Shown: positions 63,412 through 64,000 of the stretch, in pieces
Position numbering within the stretch: position 1 is the first letter of the stretch
How the letters are laid out: every line of letters begins with the position of its first letter
Source of the DNA: a virus
Reading direction: 5' to 3' (one strand)
Virus record (IMG/VR): IMGVR_UViG_3300050821_006280
Location: 45,559 to 109,558 of that record
DNA length: 64,000 nucleotides
Position numbers and translations under genes: made by a program
Notes under the pieces: generated by a model
The model's database searches: none
The model's input: only the letters and a program-made list of their open reading frames with translations
Told to the model about the DNA's origin: nothing

Positions 63412-64000
63412 ATGCCGACCAAATCCACCAGAAGTACCCGTGCATCGAAGACCAAGGCCGAAGTGAAGGATGATTTTGAGACGGTCGCCGAGAAGGTTCG
63501 GTCGACCGAGGCTCTGCCTGCGAAGGAAGCCGAGCTGAAGGCAGCTCGCGAGTCTGCTGTCCGCAAGGCTGTCGAGGACATTTCGCCCGAGGCAATCACG
63601 CAGAAGGTCACCGCGGCGCAATTCGCCATCAACCGCACGCTGGCATCTGTTCAAGAGCAACTTGTCCAGCAGACCCAGGAGCTTGAGACAATCAAGCAAG
63701 CCAAGGATCTACTCCAAGCTGATCTCGAACGGCTCCATGGGGCTGACAAGGTGCTTTCAGCTTTGGATGTCCTCGTCCAGGAGTATAAGGACAAGGAAGC
63801 GGAGCTGGAAGGCACGCACGACCAGCGGATGGAGAATCTCGAAGCCGAATTCACCAGGGCGCGTCAGGCCTGGACAGAGGAGCAAACGCTGCATACGAAG
63901 CAGATCGGCGAGAGGAACGCCGAGCTTCAGAAGACGCGTACTCGCGAGCAGACCGATCACGAGTACCAGACGCAGCAGGCGCGCAAGCTCGATCTGGACA
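63412..64000 (+). CDS. coiled-coil protein (runs off window; not in ORF track)
   Basis: AAGGAG RBS; MPTKSTRSTR... open to the edge, E/K/Q/A-rich. Confidence 0.75.
   Translation, partial: MPTKSTRSTRASKTKAEVKDDFETVAEKVRSTEALPAKEAELKAARESAVRKAVEDISPEAITQKVTAAQFAINRTLASVQEQLVQQTQELETIKQAKDLLQADLERLHGADKVLSALDVLVQEYKDKEAELEGTHDQRMENLEAEFTRARQAWTEEQTLHTKQIGERNAELQKTRTREQTDHEYQTQQARKLDLD

Overview
This window looks like part of a large tailed-phage genome. It has three blocks. (1) 1-28300, minus strand: a replication, recombination and regulation block. It holds two PI3/4-kinase/HipA-like kinases each preceded by a paralogous small protein, plus ParB-N, SSBs, RuvC-like and Hjc-like resolvases, a Cas4-like nuclease, a Dam-type methylase and RecA. 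It also holds a degenerate SF2 helicase, DnaG, DnaB, a DnaC-like loader, an initiator with an internal ori-like repeat, a dual-specificity phosphatase and IHF alpha+beta. (2) 28480-42875, plus strand: virion/surface-type genes, including a 3144-aa glycine-rich fibre-like protein. (3) 42935-64000, plus strand: about 45 tRNA genes and tmRNA, interleaved with Pth2, a stand-alone EF-Tu domain II, a stand-alone Gol-like capsid fragment, homing-type endonucleases and many non-tRNA structured RNAs. The strongest novelty candidates are three tandem tRNA-like RNAs sharing a covarying domain in a 62-67 nt variable region, and a codon-diverse leader peptide with an antiterminator/terminator switch at the head of the array. 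All RNA folds and protein family calls were made by eye; no searches were run.
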